Assembly (NCBI GenBank): GCA_037133995.1
Contig: JBAXNA010000003.1
Span: 1 to 38,273 of the forward strand
DNA length: 38,273 nt
Reading direction: 5' to 3'
DNA from: Candidatus Saccharimonadota bacterium
Lineage (GTDB): Bacteria; Patescibacteriota; Saccharimonadia; CAILAD01; BJGX01
Shown here: positions 1 through 8,800 of the stretch, in pieces
Layout of the letters: each line of letters opens with the position of its first letter
Numbering within the stretch: the first letter of the stretch is position 1
Made by a program: the position numbers and the translations under genes
The notes under the pieces: generated by a model
What the model was told of the DNA's origin: nothing
Seen by the model: the letters and a program-made list of their open reading frames with translations, nothing else
Databases searched by the model: none

Positions 1-1
1 T

Positions 2-160
2 GACGCAGAAGTTGAAACCGAGCTAGCCCAGATGAAGGCAAACTACACCGATCCAAAGATGCAAGAGGAGCTAACTCATGGACACTTCAAAGATGACTTG
101 CGCAACCATCTTCTAACTACCAAGGCCGTGGCTATTCTCTCAGCCGCAGCTAGCAAATAG
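2..160 (+). CDS. tig: Trigger factor, C-terminal fragment (5' truncated by window)
   Basis: Open frame DAEVETELAQMKANYTDPKMQEELTHGHFKDDLRNHLLTTKAVAILSAAASK ending TAG at 158-160. Helical trigger-factor-like C-terminus in the canonical position upstream of clpP. Confidence 0.7.
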   Translation, partial: DAEVETELAQMKANYTDPKMQEELTHGHFKDDLRNHLLTTKAVAILSAAASK

Positions 161-264
161 TAAAATTAAAAAAATCTGATATTGATTAAAATTTAATTTA
201 TATATTTTATAAAAAGAATTTAGTTTAATCTTGCATATCAATTTTATCGATATCGCTCGTCATG

Positions 265-273
265 TGCTAAAAT
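265..273 (+). promoter_or_regulatory. Extended -10 promoter (TGcTAAAAT) for clpP, probably leaderless
   Basis: TG-n-TAAAAT with 8 nt between it and ATG 282. No Shine-Dalgarno. Very AT-rich upstream. Confidence 0.55.
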
Positions 274-281
274 AGTAAACT

Positions 282-905
282 ATGAATACAAACGATTTTT
301 CAAACTCAATCTTAATACCAACCGTTATAGAAAAGACTCAATCTGGAGAGAGAGCATATGATATTTATTCTCGACTTCTCAAAGAAAGAATCATATTTTT
401 AGGTACAGAAATAGATGACACCGTAGCAAATCTTGTAATAGCCCAGCTATTGTTTTTACAGAGCGAAGACCCAACTGCAGATATTAGCCTCTATATAAAC
501 AGCCCCGGAGGTAGTGTAACTGCAGGGCTAGCGATATATGACACCATGCAGCATATTGGCCCAGACGTAAGTACAATTTGCGTTGGTATGGCGGCTAGTA
601 TGGGCGCTTTCTTGTTGGCTTGCGGCCAGTCTGGAAAAAGATTTTCATTACCTAACAGCCGAGTAATGATACATCAGCCAAGCGGTGGATTTCAGGGTAC
701 AGCATCTGATATCGAAATAACTGCTAATGAAATTATCAAAATACGCCATAAGCTCAACGAGATATTGGCTGAGAAAACTGGCCAAAAAGTAGCCAAAATA
801 ACATCTGATAGCGATCGTGACTTTTGGCTAGCTGCAGAAGAGGCCAAGGCCTACGGAATTGTTGACGAAGTAGTCAAAAAAAAGCCAAGCAAATCTAAGA
901 AGTAG
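282..905 (+). CDS. clpP: ATP-dependent Clp protease proteolytic subunit
   Basis: [22 protein letters not shown], catalytic Ser (GMAASMG), His (MIHQP) and Asp (DRD) all present. Confidence 0.98.
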   Translation: MNTNDFSNSILIPTVIEKTQSGERAYDIYSRLLKERIIFLGTEIDDTVANLVIAQLLFLQSEDPTADISLYINSPGGSVTAGLAIYDTMQHIGPDVSTICVGMAASMGAFLLACGQSGKRFSLPNSRVMIHQPSGGFQGTASDIEITANEIIKIRHKLNEILAEKTGQKVAKITSDSDRDFWLAAEEAKAYGIVDEVVKKKPSKSKK

Positions 906-923
906 AAGTATTATCTAGAGATT

Positions 924-2168
924 ATGTATTCATCACTATTGCGAAACCAGAATTTTCTAAAAATATGGATAGCCCAGCTAACTAGCCAGCTAGCCGCAAA
1001 TTTACTCAATTTTGCTTTAATTATTAGAGTGTATGAGCTAGCCGCCCAGACACCCTATGCCAACATCGCCGTTAGTCTGCTTATTTTAGCCTTTGGCGTT
1101 CCCTCGGTTGTTTTTGCAGTCTTGGCGGGCGCCTATGTGGATCATTGGGATAGAAAAAAAGTTCTGATTGTAACTAATGTCGTAAGAGCAATTTTAGTTC
1201 TGGGCTTCTTGTTTATCGAGAGCAATCTACTGCTAGTCTATTTATTGGTATTTGCTATTTCTGTATTTTCACAGTTTTTCACACCAGCAGAGGGCGCGGC
1301 TCTACCAAGGCTTGTCAAAAAATCTCAGTTTTTGAGCGCCAACTCGCTATTCTTATTTACGCTGTATAGCTCGTTTGTTCTTGGCTACAGCTTGGCCGGG
1401 CCAATAGTTGCTCTATGGGGGCCAAACGCTGTGTATTATGTCACCTCTGGTGCATTTGCTGTTGCCGCAATACTCTGCATTGGCCTACCAAGTCTAAGGG
1501 CAGAAACTTCTGCAAAACCCATCAAAGAAATTAATAAAGAAGTTTTTTCAACCATCAGAACTAGCTTTCATGAAATAATAACAGACCCCGGACTAATATT
1601 TCCAATAATCAATCTCACCATCGCCCAGGCCATGCTCGGTGTGCTTGCAGTACTAGCACCGGCAATTGCGCTACTGGTATTTGGCGAAAGTCTGGCACAG
1701 GTTAGCTTTATGCTTATCATCCCGGCAGCTCTAGGTATGGTAATAGGAGCTGTTATTGTTGGAAAATATTTAAAGCTTACTAAAAAAACTACTGTAATAA
1801 ATGTTGGTATAGCTATAGCATCTATCATGCTGATAAGCCTAAGTTTTGTGCCGGCACTGAGAGATTTACGCTTTTTTGGCCTAATAGTTGCTTCTATCTC
1901 TCTAGTTCTAGGAATAGCTAACGGGCTAGTCAGCGTATCTGCTCAGACACTCCTGCAGCTTAATTCTACAGATGAGGCCAGGGGAAAAATATTTGGCACC
2001 CTAAATATGATGATGAATGTAGCGGCAATTTTACCAGTATTATTGGCTGGCATCACAGCAGATCTTGTTAGTCCGCTAAAGGTCTTGACTGGCGCTGGAA
2101 TATTAATTGGCCTATACGGAGTATTTCAGTTTAAGACTTTTGCAAGATTACAACTAAAAAGTACTTGA
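924..2168 (+). CDS. MFS transporter (DHA3/MefA-like, MFS_3 type)
   Basis: 414 aa with about 12 hydrophobic segments, motif A-like AGAYVDHWDRKKV, and C-terminal RGKIFG. Confidence 0.88.
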   Translation: MYSSLLRNQNFLKIWIAQLTSQLAANLLNFALIIRVYELAAQTPYANIAVSLLILAFGVPSVVFAVLAGAYVDHWDRKKVLIVTNVVRAILVLGFLFIESNLLLVYLLVFAISVFSQFFTPAEGAALPRLVKKSQFLSANSLFLFTLYSSFVLGYSLAGPIVALWGPNAVYYVTSGAFAVAAILCIGLPSLRAETSAKPIKEINKEVFSTIRTSFHEIITDPGLIFPIINLTIAQAMLGVLAVLAPAIALLVFGESLAQVSFMLIIPAALGMVIGAVIVGKYLKLTKKTTVINVGIAIASIMLISLSFVPALRDLRFFGLIVASISLVLGIANGLVSVSAQTLLQLNSTDEARGKIFGTLNMMMNVAAILPVLLAGITADLVSPLKVLTGAGILIGLYGVFQFKTFARLQLKST

Positions 2169-2194
2169 CAGTATCAGTCTTTTCAAGATAAGAT
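2165..2194 (+). promoter_or_regulatory. sigma70 promoter for rpoBC
   Basis: TTGACA 2165-2170 (overlaps the MFS TGA stop), 18-nt spacer, TAAGAT 2189-2194. Confidence 0.65.
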
Positions 2195-2205
2195 AAGGGT
2201 CATAC

Positions 2206-2267
2206 AGAGGACGCTTAAACTCTTCAGCCGGAATAAATACCCAAAGTACGTGGGTAGCCGGTTTTTT
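2206..2267 (+). promoter_or_regulatory. Structured rpoB 5' leader / putative attenuator
   Basis: AGAG..CTCT hairpin, then AGCCGG/CCGGTT outer stem enclosing a TACCCA/TGGGTA inner stem, followed by T6. Confidence 0.5.
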
Positions 2268-2327
2268 GTCAGTTTAGAAAAACCACCTGTTCGGCACAAC
2301 AAATATTAATAGGAGAGATCGGGAATT

Positions 2328-5300
2328 ATGGCAAAAACCCCTGTTCAGAAACGCGTTTTTTTACACAAAAATAAAGAATTACTGTCCTTACCAAATCTTA
2401 TTAAAATCCAAACCGATGCCTACAATTGGTTTGTTGACGAAGGCCTCAAAGAACTATTCGCAGAAGCCACCCCAATAGAAGACTTCACCGGCAAGCGCTA
2501 CTCAATAAGCTTCAAAGACTATCACTATGAAGTTCCTAAATTCACTGAAATACAAGCCAAAGAAAAAAACCTAAGCTACGAATCTTCACTAAAAGTTACA
2601 GCCGAACTTCTTAACAAAGAAACAGGCGAAATCAAAACCCAAGAAATATTTTTAGGTGACTATCCTGTCATGACCGAACGCGGTACTTTTGTTATCAACG
2701 GCGTAGAGCGCGTTGTAGTAAGTCAGCTAGTACGAAGCCCTGGTGTATTCTTCACCCGCGAAAGCTCAGCCAACTATTTCGGAGCAAAAATAATTCCTAA
2801 CCGTGGCGCATGGCTAGAAATCGAAACTGGCCAAAACGGTGTAATGACCGTAAAAATAGATCGCAAACGAAAAATTCCAGTAACCGCACTTTTGCGGGCT
2901 TTTGGCTATGGCACAGATAAAGAACTAAAAGAACTATTTGCCGATATCGACACAGGTGAAGTTAAATTTATAGACGAAACAATCTCTAAAGACCCTAGCA
3001 GCTCAAGTGCTGAAGCCCTAATGGAAGTCTATAGACGTATTCGACCTGGCGATCTAGCCACAGTAGAAAATTCAAAAAGCTTAATTGACGGAATGTTTTT
3101 TGACAACAAACGGTATGATTTTTCAAAAGTAGGTCGTTACAAAGTTAACAAAAGACTTGGTCTAAACGTAAAAAATATTCCAGAAAATCGTATTCTAAGA
3201 AAAGAAGATTTTGTTGCCATAATCAAAGAAATCATCAGAATGAGTAACAGCGATGCCCCTACAGAAGACATCGACCACCTTGGCAATCGCCGCTTAAAAA
3301 TGGTTGGCGAACTTATGCAAGCTCGTTTTAGAGTTGGTATTTTGCGAACTGAAAGAATTATCAAAGACCGCATGAGTCTTGCTGATCCTGAAACTATTAT
3401 GCCAGCACAGCTAATCAACAACAGACCAATAGTCGCTGCAGTGAAAGAGTTTTTTGCTTCTCACCAACTCAGTCAGTTCATGGATCAAATCAATCCGTTG
3501 GCCGAAATTGTTCACAAGCGCCGTCTAAATGCCATGGGTCCTGGTGGCCTAAACAGAGAGCGAGCAGGCTTTGAGGTTCGCGACGTTCACAGAACTCACT
3601 ACGGTAGAATATGCCCAATCGAAACACCAGAAGGACCAAACATTGGTCTTGTAAGTACTATGGCGACTTACGCAAGAATTAATGAGTACGGATTTTTAGA
3701 AAGCCCATATCTAAAAGTAATTAACTCTGCCACTCCAGAAAAAGCGACAGGTGAGATTGCTGTAAAAGAGCTTAAGGACAGCAAGGGACAGTCAATAGTT
3801 AAGCCTGGAGACAAAATAACCTCTGCAATTGCCAAGAAATTAGCTTCAGCTAAGATTGAATCATTGCCAGTAAAGGCTCACGTTACTACAGAAGTTGTTT
3901 ATTTAGATGCCTCAGATGAAGAAAAAGCTGTTATCGCTCAGGCCAATACTCCATCAGACGAGAATGGCTACTTTATAGACTCACGAGTTCCAGTACGAGG
4001 AGTTGGTGGTGAAGCCGATGAAGAAGATGCTAATTTGGTCGAGTACATGGACGTCACCAGCAAACAAATCGTAGGTGTATCAGCTAGCCTTATTCCTTTC
4101 CTTGAGCACGATGATGCCAAGCGAGCCCTAATGGGAGCTAACATGCAACGACAAGCTGTAGCCCTAATCCGACCAGATTCTCCTGTTGTTGGTACTGGTA
4201 TAGAAGGAACTGTAGCAGTTGATTCTGGCCAAGTTATAATTGCTGAAGATGATGGCGAAGTAATATCTTCTACTGCCGAAGCCATTGTAGTAAAATATAA
4301 AAAATCAGGTACAAAAACTTACGAGCTTGCAAATTTTGTTCGCTCAAACCAAGGTAGCTGTATTCACCAAAAAGCCCTAGTCTACTCATCACAAAAAGTG
4401 ACCAAAGGCGATGTCTTAGCTGACGGTATGAGTACTCAGGCTGGTGAGCTAGCTCTAGGCCAAAATGTAGTAGTTGCATTTATGCCATTTGATGGACTCA
4501 ATTTTGAAGACGCTATTGTGCTCTCTCAGAGACTTGTACAAGATGACCGCTATACTAGTATCCACATCGAAACCCACCAAGTGGACGTTCGTGATACTAA
4601 GCTAGGCGATGAAGTTGTAACAAGAGATATACCTAACGTGTCAGAAGAAAGCCTAAAAGATCTTGACGAAGATGGTGTAATCAGAATAGGTGCAGAAGTT
4701 GGTGCAGGTGATATATTGGTAGGTAAGATTACTCCAAAAGGTGAAACCGAGCTATCAAGTGAAGAGCGTCTACTTAGAGCAATTTTTGGTGAAAAAGCTC
4801 GTGACGTAAAAGATACTAGCCTTAGAGTGCCTAACGGTGCCGCAGGAAAAGTTGTTGATGTTAAGATATTGAGTCGAGAAAATGGCGACGATCTATCTGC
4901 CGGCGTCTCACTACAGATATACGTATCTATTGCCGAGCTTCGTAAGATTCAGGCTGGTGACAAAATGGCCGGTCGACACGGTGACAAAGGCGTTATCTCA
5001 AAAATTATGCCTGTAGAAGATATGCCACATCTAGAAGACGGCACTCCTGTAGACGTAATCCTAAACACCCTTGGTGTTGGTAGTCGTATGAACCTTGGGC
5101 AGATTTTAGAAACCCACCTAGGTTGGGCTGCTCAGGCTCTAGGCTACAAAATAGCCAGCCCAGTTTTTGACGGTGTAACAATCGATGAAATAAAGGCCGA
5201 ACTCAAAAAAGCCGGACTTCCAGAAGATGGTAAAGCCCAGCTCTACTCTGGCTTTACAGGAGAGCCGCTAACACATAGGACAACTGTCGGTGTTAAATAT

Positions 5301-5843
5301 CTACTTAAACTACAACATATGGTAGACGACAAAATACACGCACGCTCAACCGGTCCATACGCTATGGTTACTCAGCAGCCACTCGGCGGTAAAGCCCAAA
5401 GAGGTGGACAGCGTTTCGGGGAAATGGAAGTTTGGGCCCTAGAAGCTTACGGTGCCGCAAATACACTTCAAGAAATACTAACCATCAAGTCAGATGATGT
5501 TATTGGCCGAAGCAAGGCTTACGAGTCAATAATAAAAGGCGAAGACATTATGGGACCTAGGGTACCAGAATCTTTCAACGTTTTAGTAAAAGAACTACAA
5601 AGCTTAATGCTTGCTGTAGACCTTGAAAGAAATGAGCTAGATACACCTGTTGATGCAGAAGATGTTATTGCCCAGGCTACTGCTGAAGAAGTAGAAGCAC
5701 TAGGCACAGACGAGCTAATTATGGGAACCGAGCCACCAGAAGGTGAAGCAATAGTTGATCTTGCAGACGCAAAAAGCAAAGACGACTTTGAAGTTCTAGA
5801 AGAAGCCCAGCTACAAAAAGAAATTGAATCGGAAGAGGTATAA
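2328..5843 (+). CDS. rpoB: DNA-directed RNA polymerase subunit beta
   Basis: GTFVINGVERVVVSQL, QLSQFMDQ, ETPEGPNIGL, ALMGANMQRQA, GGQRFGEMEVWALEAYGA. SD AGGAG upstream. Confidence 0.99.
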   Translation: MAKTPVQKRVFLHKNKELLSLPNLIKIQTDAYNWFVDEGLKELFAEATPIEDFTGKRYSISFKDYHYEVPKFTEIQAKEKNLSYESSLKVTAELLNKETGEIKTQEIFLGDYPVMTERGTFVINGVERVVVSQLVRSPGVFFTRESSANYFGAKIIPNRGAWLEIETGQNGVMTVKIDRKRKIPVTALLRAFGYGTDKELKELFADIDTGEVKFIDETISKDPSSSSAEALMEVYRRIRPGDLATVENSKSLIDGMFFDNKRYDFSKVGRYKVNKRLGLNVKNIPENRILRKEDFVAIIKEIIRMSNSDAPTEDIDHLGNRRLKMVGELMQARFRVGILRTERIIKDRMSLADPETIMPAQLINNRPIVAAVKEFFASHQLSQFMDQINPLAEIVHKRRLNAMGPGGLNRERAGFEVRDVHRTHYGRICPIETPEGPNIGLVSTMATYARINEYGFLESPYLKVINSATPEKATGEIAVKELKDSKGQSIVKPGDKITSAIAKKLASAKIESLPVKAHVTTEVVYLDASDEEKAVIAQANTPSDENGYFIDSRVPVRGVGGEADEEDANLVEYMDVTSKQIVGVSASLIPFLEHDDAKRALMGANMQRQAVALIRPDSPVVGTGIEGTVAVDSGQVIIAEDDGEVISSTAEAIVVKYKKSGTKTYELANFVRSNQGSCIHQKALVYSSQKVTKGDVLADGMSTQAGELALGQNVVVAFMPFDGLNFEDAIVLSQRLVQDDRYTSIHIETHQVDVRDTKLGDEVVTRDIPNVSEESLKDLDEDGVIRIGAEVGAGDILVGKITPKGETELSSEERLLRAIFGEKARDVKDTSLRVPNGAAGKVVDVKILSRENGDDLSAGVSLQIYVSIAELRKIQAGDKMAGRHGDKGVISKIMPVEDMPHLEDGTPVDVILNTLGVGSRMNLGQILETHLGWAAQALGYKIASPVFDGVTIDEIKAELKKAGLPEDGKAQLYSGFTGEPLTHRTTVGVKYLLKLQHMVDDKIHARSTGPYAMVTQQPLGGKAQRGGQRFGEMEVWALEAYGAANTLQEILTIKSDDVIGRSKAYESIIKGEDIMGPRVPESFNVLVKELQSLMLAVDLERNELDTPVDAEDVIAQATAEEVEALGTDELIMGTEPPEGEAIVDLADAKSKDDFEVLEEAQLQKEIESEEV

Positions 5844-5844
5844 A

Positions 5845-8800
5845 ATGGATAAGGACAACACTATGCACGAACAACAAATAATCGACTTTGATGCAATTAA
5901 GCTTTCTGTTGCTGGCCCAGAGCACATACTAGACTGGTCAAATGGCGAAGTTATCAAACCAGAAACAATCAACTATAGAACTCAAAAACCAGAAAAAGAT
6001 GGTTTATTCTGCGAAAAAATCTTTGGACCAACCAAAGACTGGCAGTGTTACTGTGGCAAATACAAGGGTATTCGTTACAAAGGAATCGAATGTGATAAAT
6101 GTGGAGTATTAGTTACTCGTAGCATTGTACGACGCGAAAGAATGGCCCATATAGCCCTTTGCGTACCAGTTGCTCACATTTGGTTCTTAAGAGGTACTCC
6201 AAGTCCAATAAGCCTTGTTTTAAACGTAGGTATTCGTGACTTAGAGCGTGTTGTTTATTTTGCAAATTTCATAGTCACTGATGTAGATGAAAAAGCTAAG
6301 GCAGATGCTATCGATGATCTTAAGAAAGACTTTGAATCTAAGCGCAAAGAGCTTATCGCAAAGTATGACATCAAGGGCGGTAAGGCTGAACTTATCCCAG
6401 AAGATGCTACAAAAGAATTTGCCGAGCTAGATGCCAACTGGGCAGCAGCAAAGACTGACTTAACCAACCTTGCTAAATACCAGCTCCTACCAGAAGGCCG
6501 TTACCGAGAGCTAAACATGAAGTTTGGTCAAGTTTTTAAAGCCGGAATAGGTGCTGAAGCCCTTCAGCAGTTACTCGAAGAGATTGATCTAAAAGAACTT
6601 ACTATTAGTCTTCGAAAAGAAGCCGACGAATCATCTGGCCAAAAGATGAAAAAAGCCCTCAAGCGACTTAAGCTAGTCGAAGGCATGGAGCAATCTGGTA
6701 TTTCGCCAGAGTGGATGATTACTACAAATCTACCTGTTATTCCACCAGACCTTCGCCCAATGGTTCAGCTTGATGGTGGCCGATTTGCCGCATCAGATCT
6801 AAACGATCTATACAGACGAGTCATAAACCGAAATAATCGTCTCAAGAAACTTTTCAGACTAGAAGCACCAGAAGTAATCTGTAGAAATGAAAAACGTATG
6901 TTGCAAGAAGCTGTTGATGCTCTTATAGACAACAACGCTCGTCGTGACCGAGCTGTAAGTGCTGCTGGTAGCCGCAAGAAGCTAAAAAGTCTTACAGATT
7001 TACTAAAAGGTAAGCAGGGTCGTTTCCGTCAAAACCTTTTGGGTAAACGCGTAGATTACTCTGGCCGATCAGTGATTGTTATTGGTCCTCACCTCAAGCT
7101 AGACCAGTGTGGATTACCAAAAATGATGGCCCTCGAGCTCTTTAAGCCATTTGTAATTGGCAAACTAATAGAAAAAGGCGTGGCTCATAATGTCAAATCA
7201 GCTTCTCGAATGATCGAGCGTGCCCGAACCGAAGTCTGGGATACTCTAGATGAAGTTATTACCGGCAAGTACGTATTGCTTAATCGTGCACCTACTTTGC
7301 ACCGCTTAGGTATTCAGGCCTTTAAGCCAGTGCTAATTGAAGGCAAAGCTATTCAGCTTCACCCAATGGTTTGTGCAGCTTTCAACGCCGACTTCGATGG
7401 TGACCAAATGGCCGTCCACGTACCTCTCTCAGCAGCAGCTCAGGCAGAGGCTCGCGATATCATGCTTTCAAAACACAACCTTCTCAAGCCAAGTAGTGGT
7501 GAGCCTGTTGTAAAGCCAAGCCAAGATGTTGTCTTGGGTTGCTTCTTCTTGACAAGCACTAAGCCAGGACTAAAGGGCGAAGGCAAGGCCTTCTCTAGTA
7601 CAAGTGAGGCAATCATGGCCTACCAGGCTGATGTAGTAGAATTGCGTGCTATGACAAAAGTAAGAGTTAACGGTGTAACAATCGAAACAACCCCAGGACG
7701 CCTAATATTTAACGAAATACTGCCAGCAGAAATAGACTTTGTAAATGAGACCCTAAACAAATCTCGACTACAGGCCATTATGGCGAAAGTTTTTGCAGAG
7801 CTTGGCCAAGAAGTTACAGCAGTACTTGTAGACGACGTCAAAGACCTTGGCTTTAAGTACTCAACTATTTCAGGTATCTCAATCGGCATGGACGATCTAG
7901 TAGTTCCTGAACAAAGAGACGGCTTGATTGCAGAAGGCGAACTAAAAGTGCTTGAATACGTTTCTCAATACCAGCAAGGTCTAATAACTAACGAAGAGCG
8001 TTATGCTCGTACTGTAGACGTCTGGAAAGGCGTTGGTGAAGAAGTTGAGTCACTACTAGGCGAAGCTCTAGCTAACTCAGATTCGACCCTACAAGATGAT
8101 CTTCAGTCTGGCGCTCGTGCTAGCCTTGGACAGATTAACAAAATGAGCGGTATGCTAGGCCTTATGCTTAGCCCAGCTGGTCGAGTTATCGAGCTTCCAG
8201 TTCGCTCAAACTACAAAGATGGTCTAGGAGTACTTGAGTACTTTATTAGTACTCACGGCGCCCGAAAAGGCCTTACTGACACCGCCCTAAGAACTTCTGA
8301 GTCTGGCTACCTAACTCGCAGACTTGTTGATGTAGCTCAAGATATAGTTATTTCTGAAAACGACTGTGGCGACAAAGAAGGTTACTCAATGAGCCTAGCC
8401 GAAGCTAAGGCAGTAGGCGAAGAAAGCCTATCAGCCTGGATAGTTGGCCGTACTTCGCTTGAGAAGATCGTGGATCCTAAGACCAATGATGTAATTGTTA
8501 AAAAAGGACAGCTAATAACCGATGTGACAGCTAAGCAAATAGCCGACATTGGCCTAGGAACAATCAAGATTAGATCAATATTTAAATGTCAAAGCGCTTG
8601 GGGCTTATGCCAAAAATGTTACGGCATAGATCTAGCTAAGGGCAACCCAGTACGACTAGGAGAAGCAGTTGGTATTATGGCAGCTCAGAGTATTGGCGAG
8701 CCAGGAACTCAGCTTACTATGAACACCAAGCATGCAACTGGTATTGGCGGAGACATCACCCAGGGTCTGCCACGAGTAGAAGAAATTTTTGAAGCTCGGG

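Noticed and set aside
161-250. Very AT-rich stretch as a possible replication origin
   Set aside because: No DnaA boxes seen, and it is short. It is more simply an UP element or intergenic spacer.
244-270. Possible CIRCE (HrcA) operator upstream of clpP (GTGCTAA half-site)
   Set aside because: The left arm matches only 5 of 9, and the right arm is explained by the extended -10.
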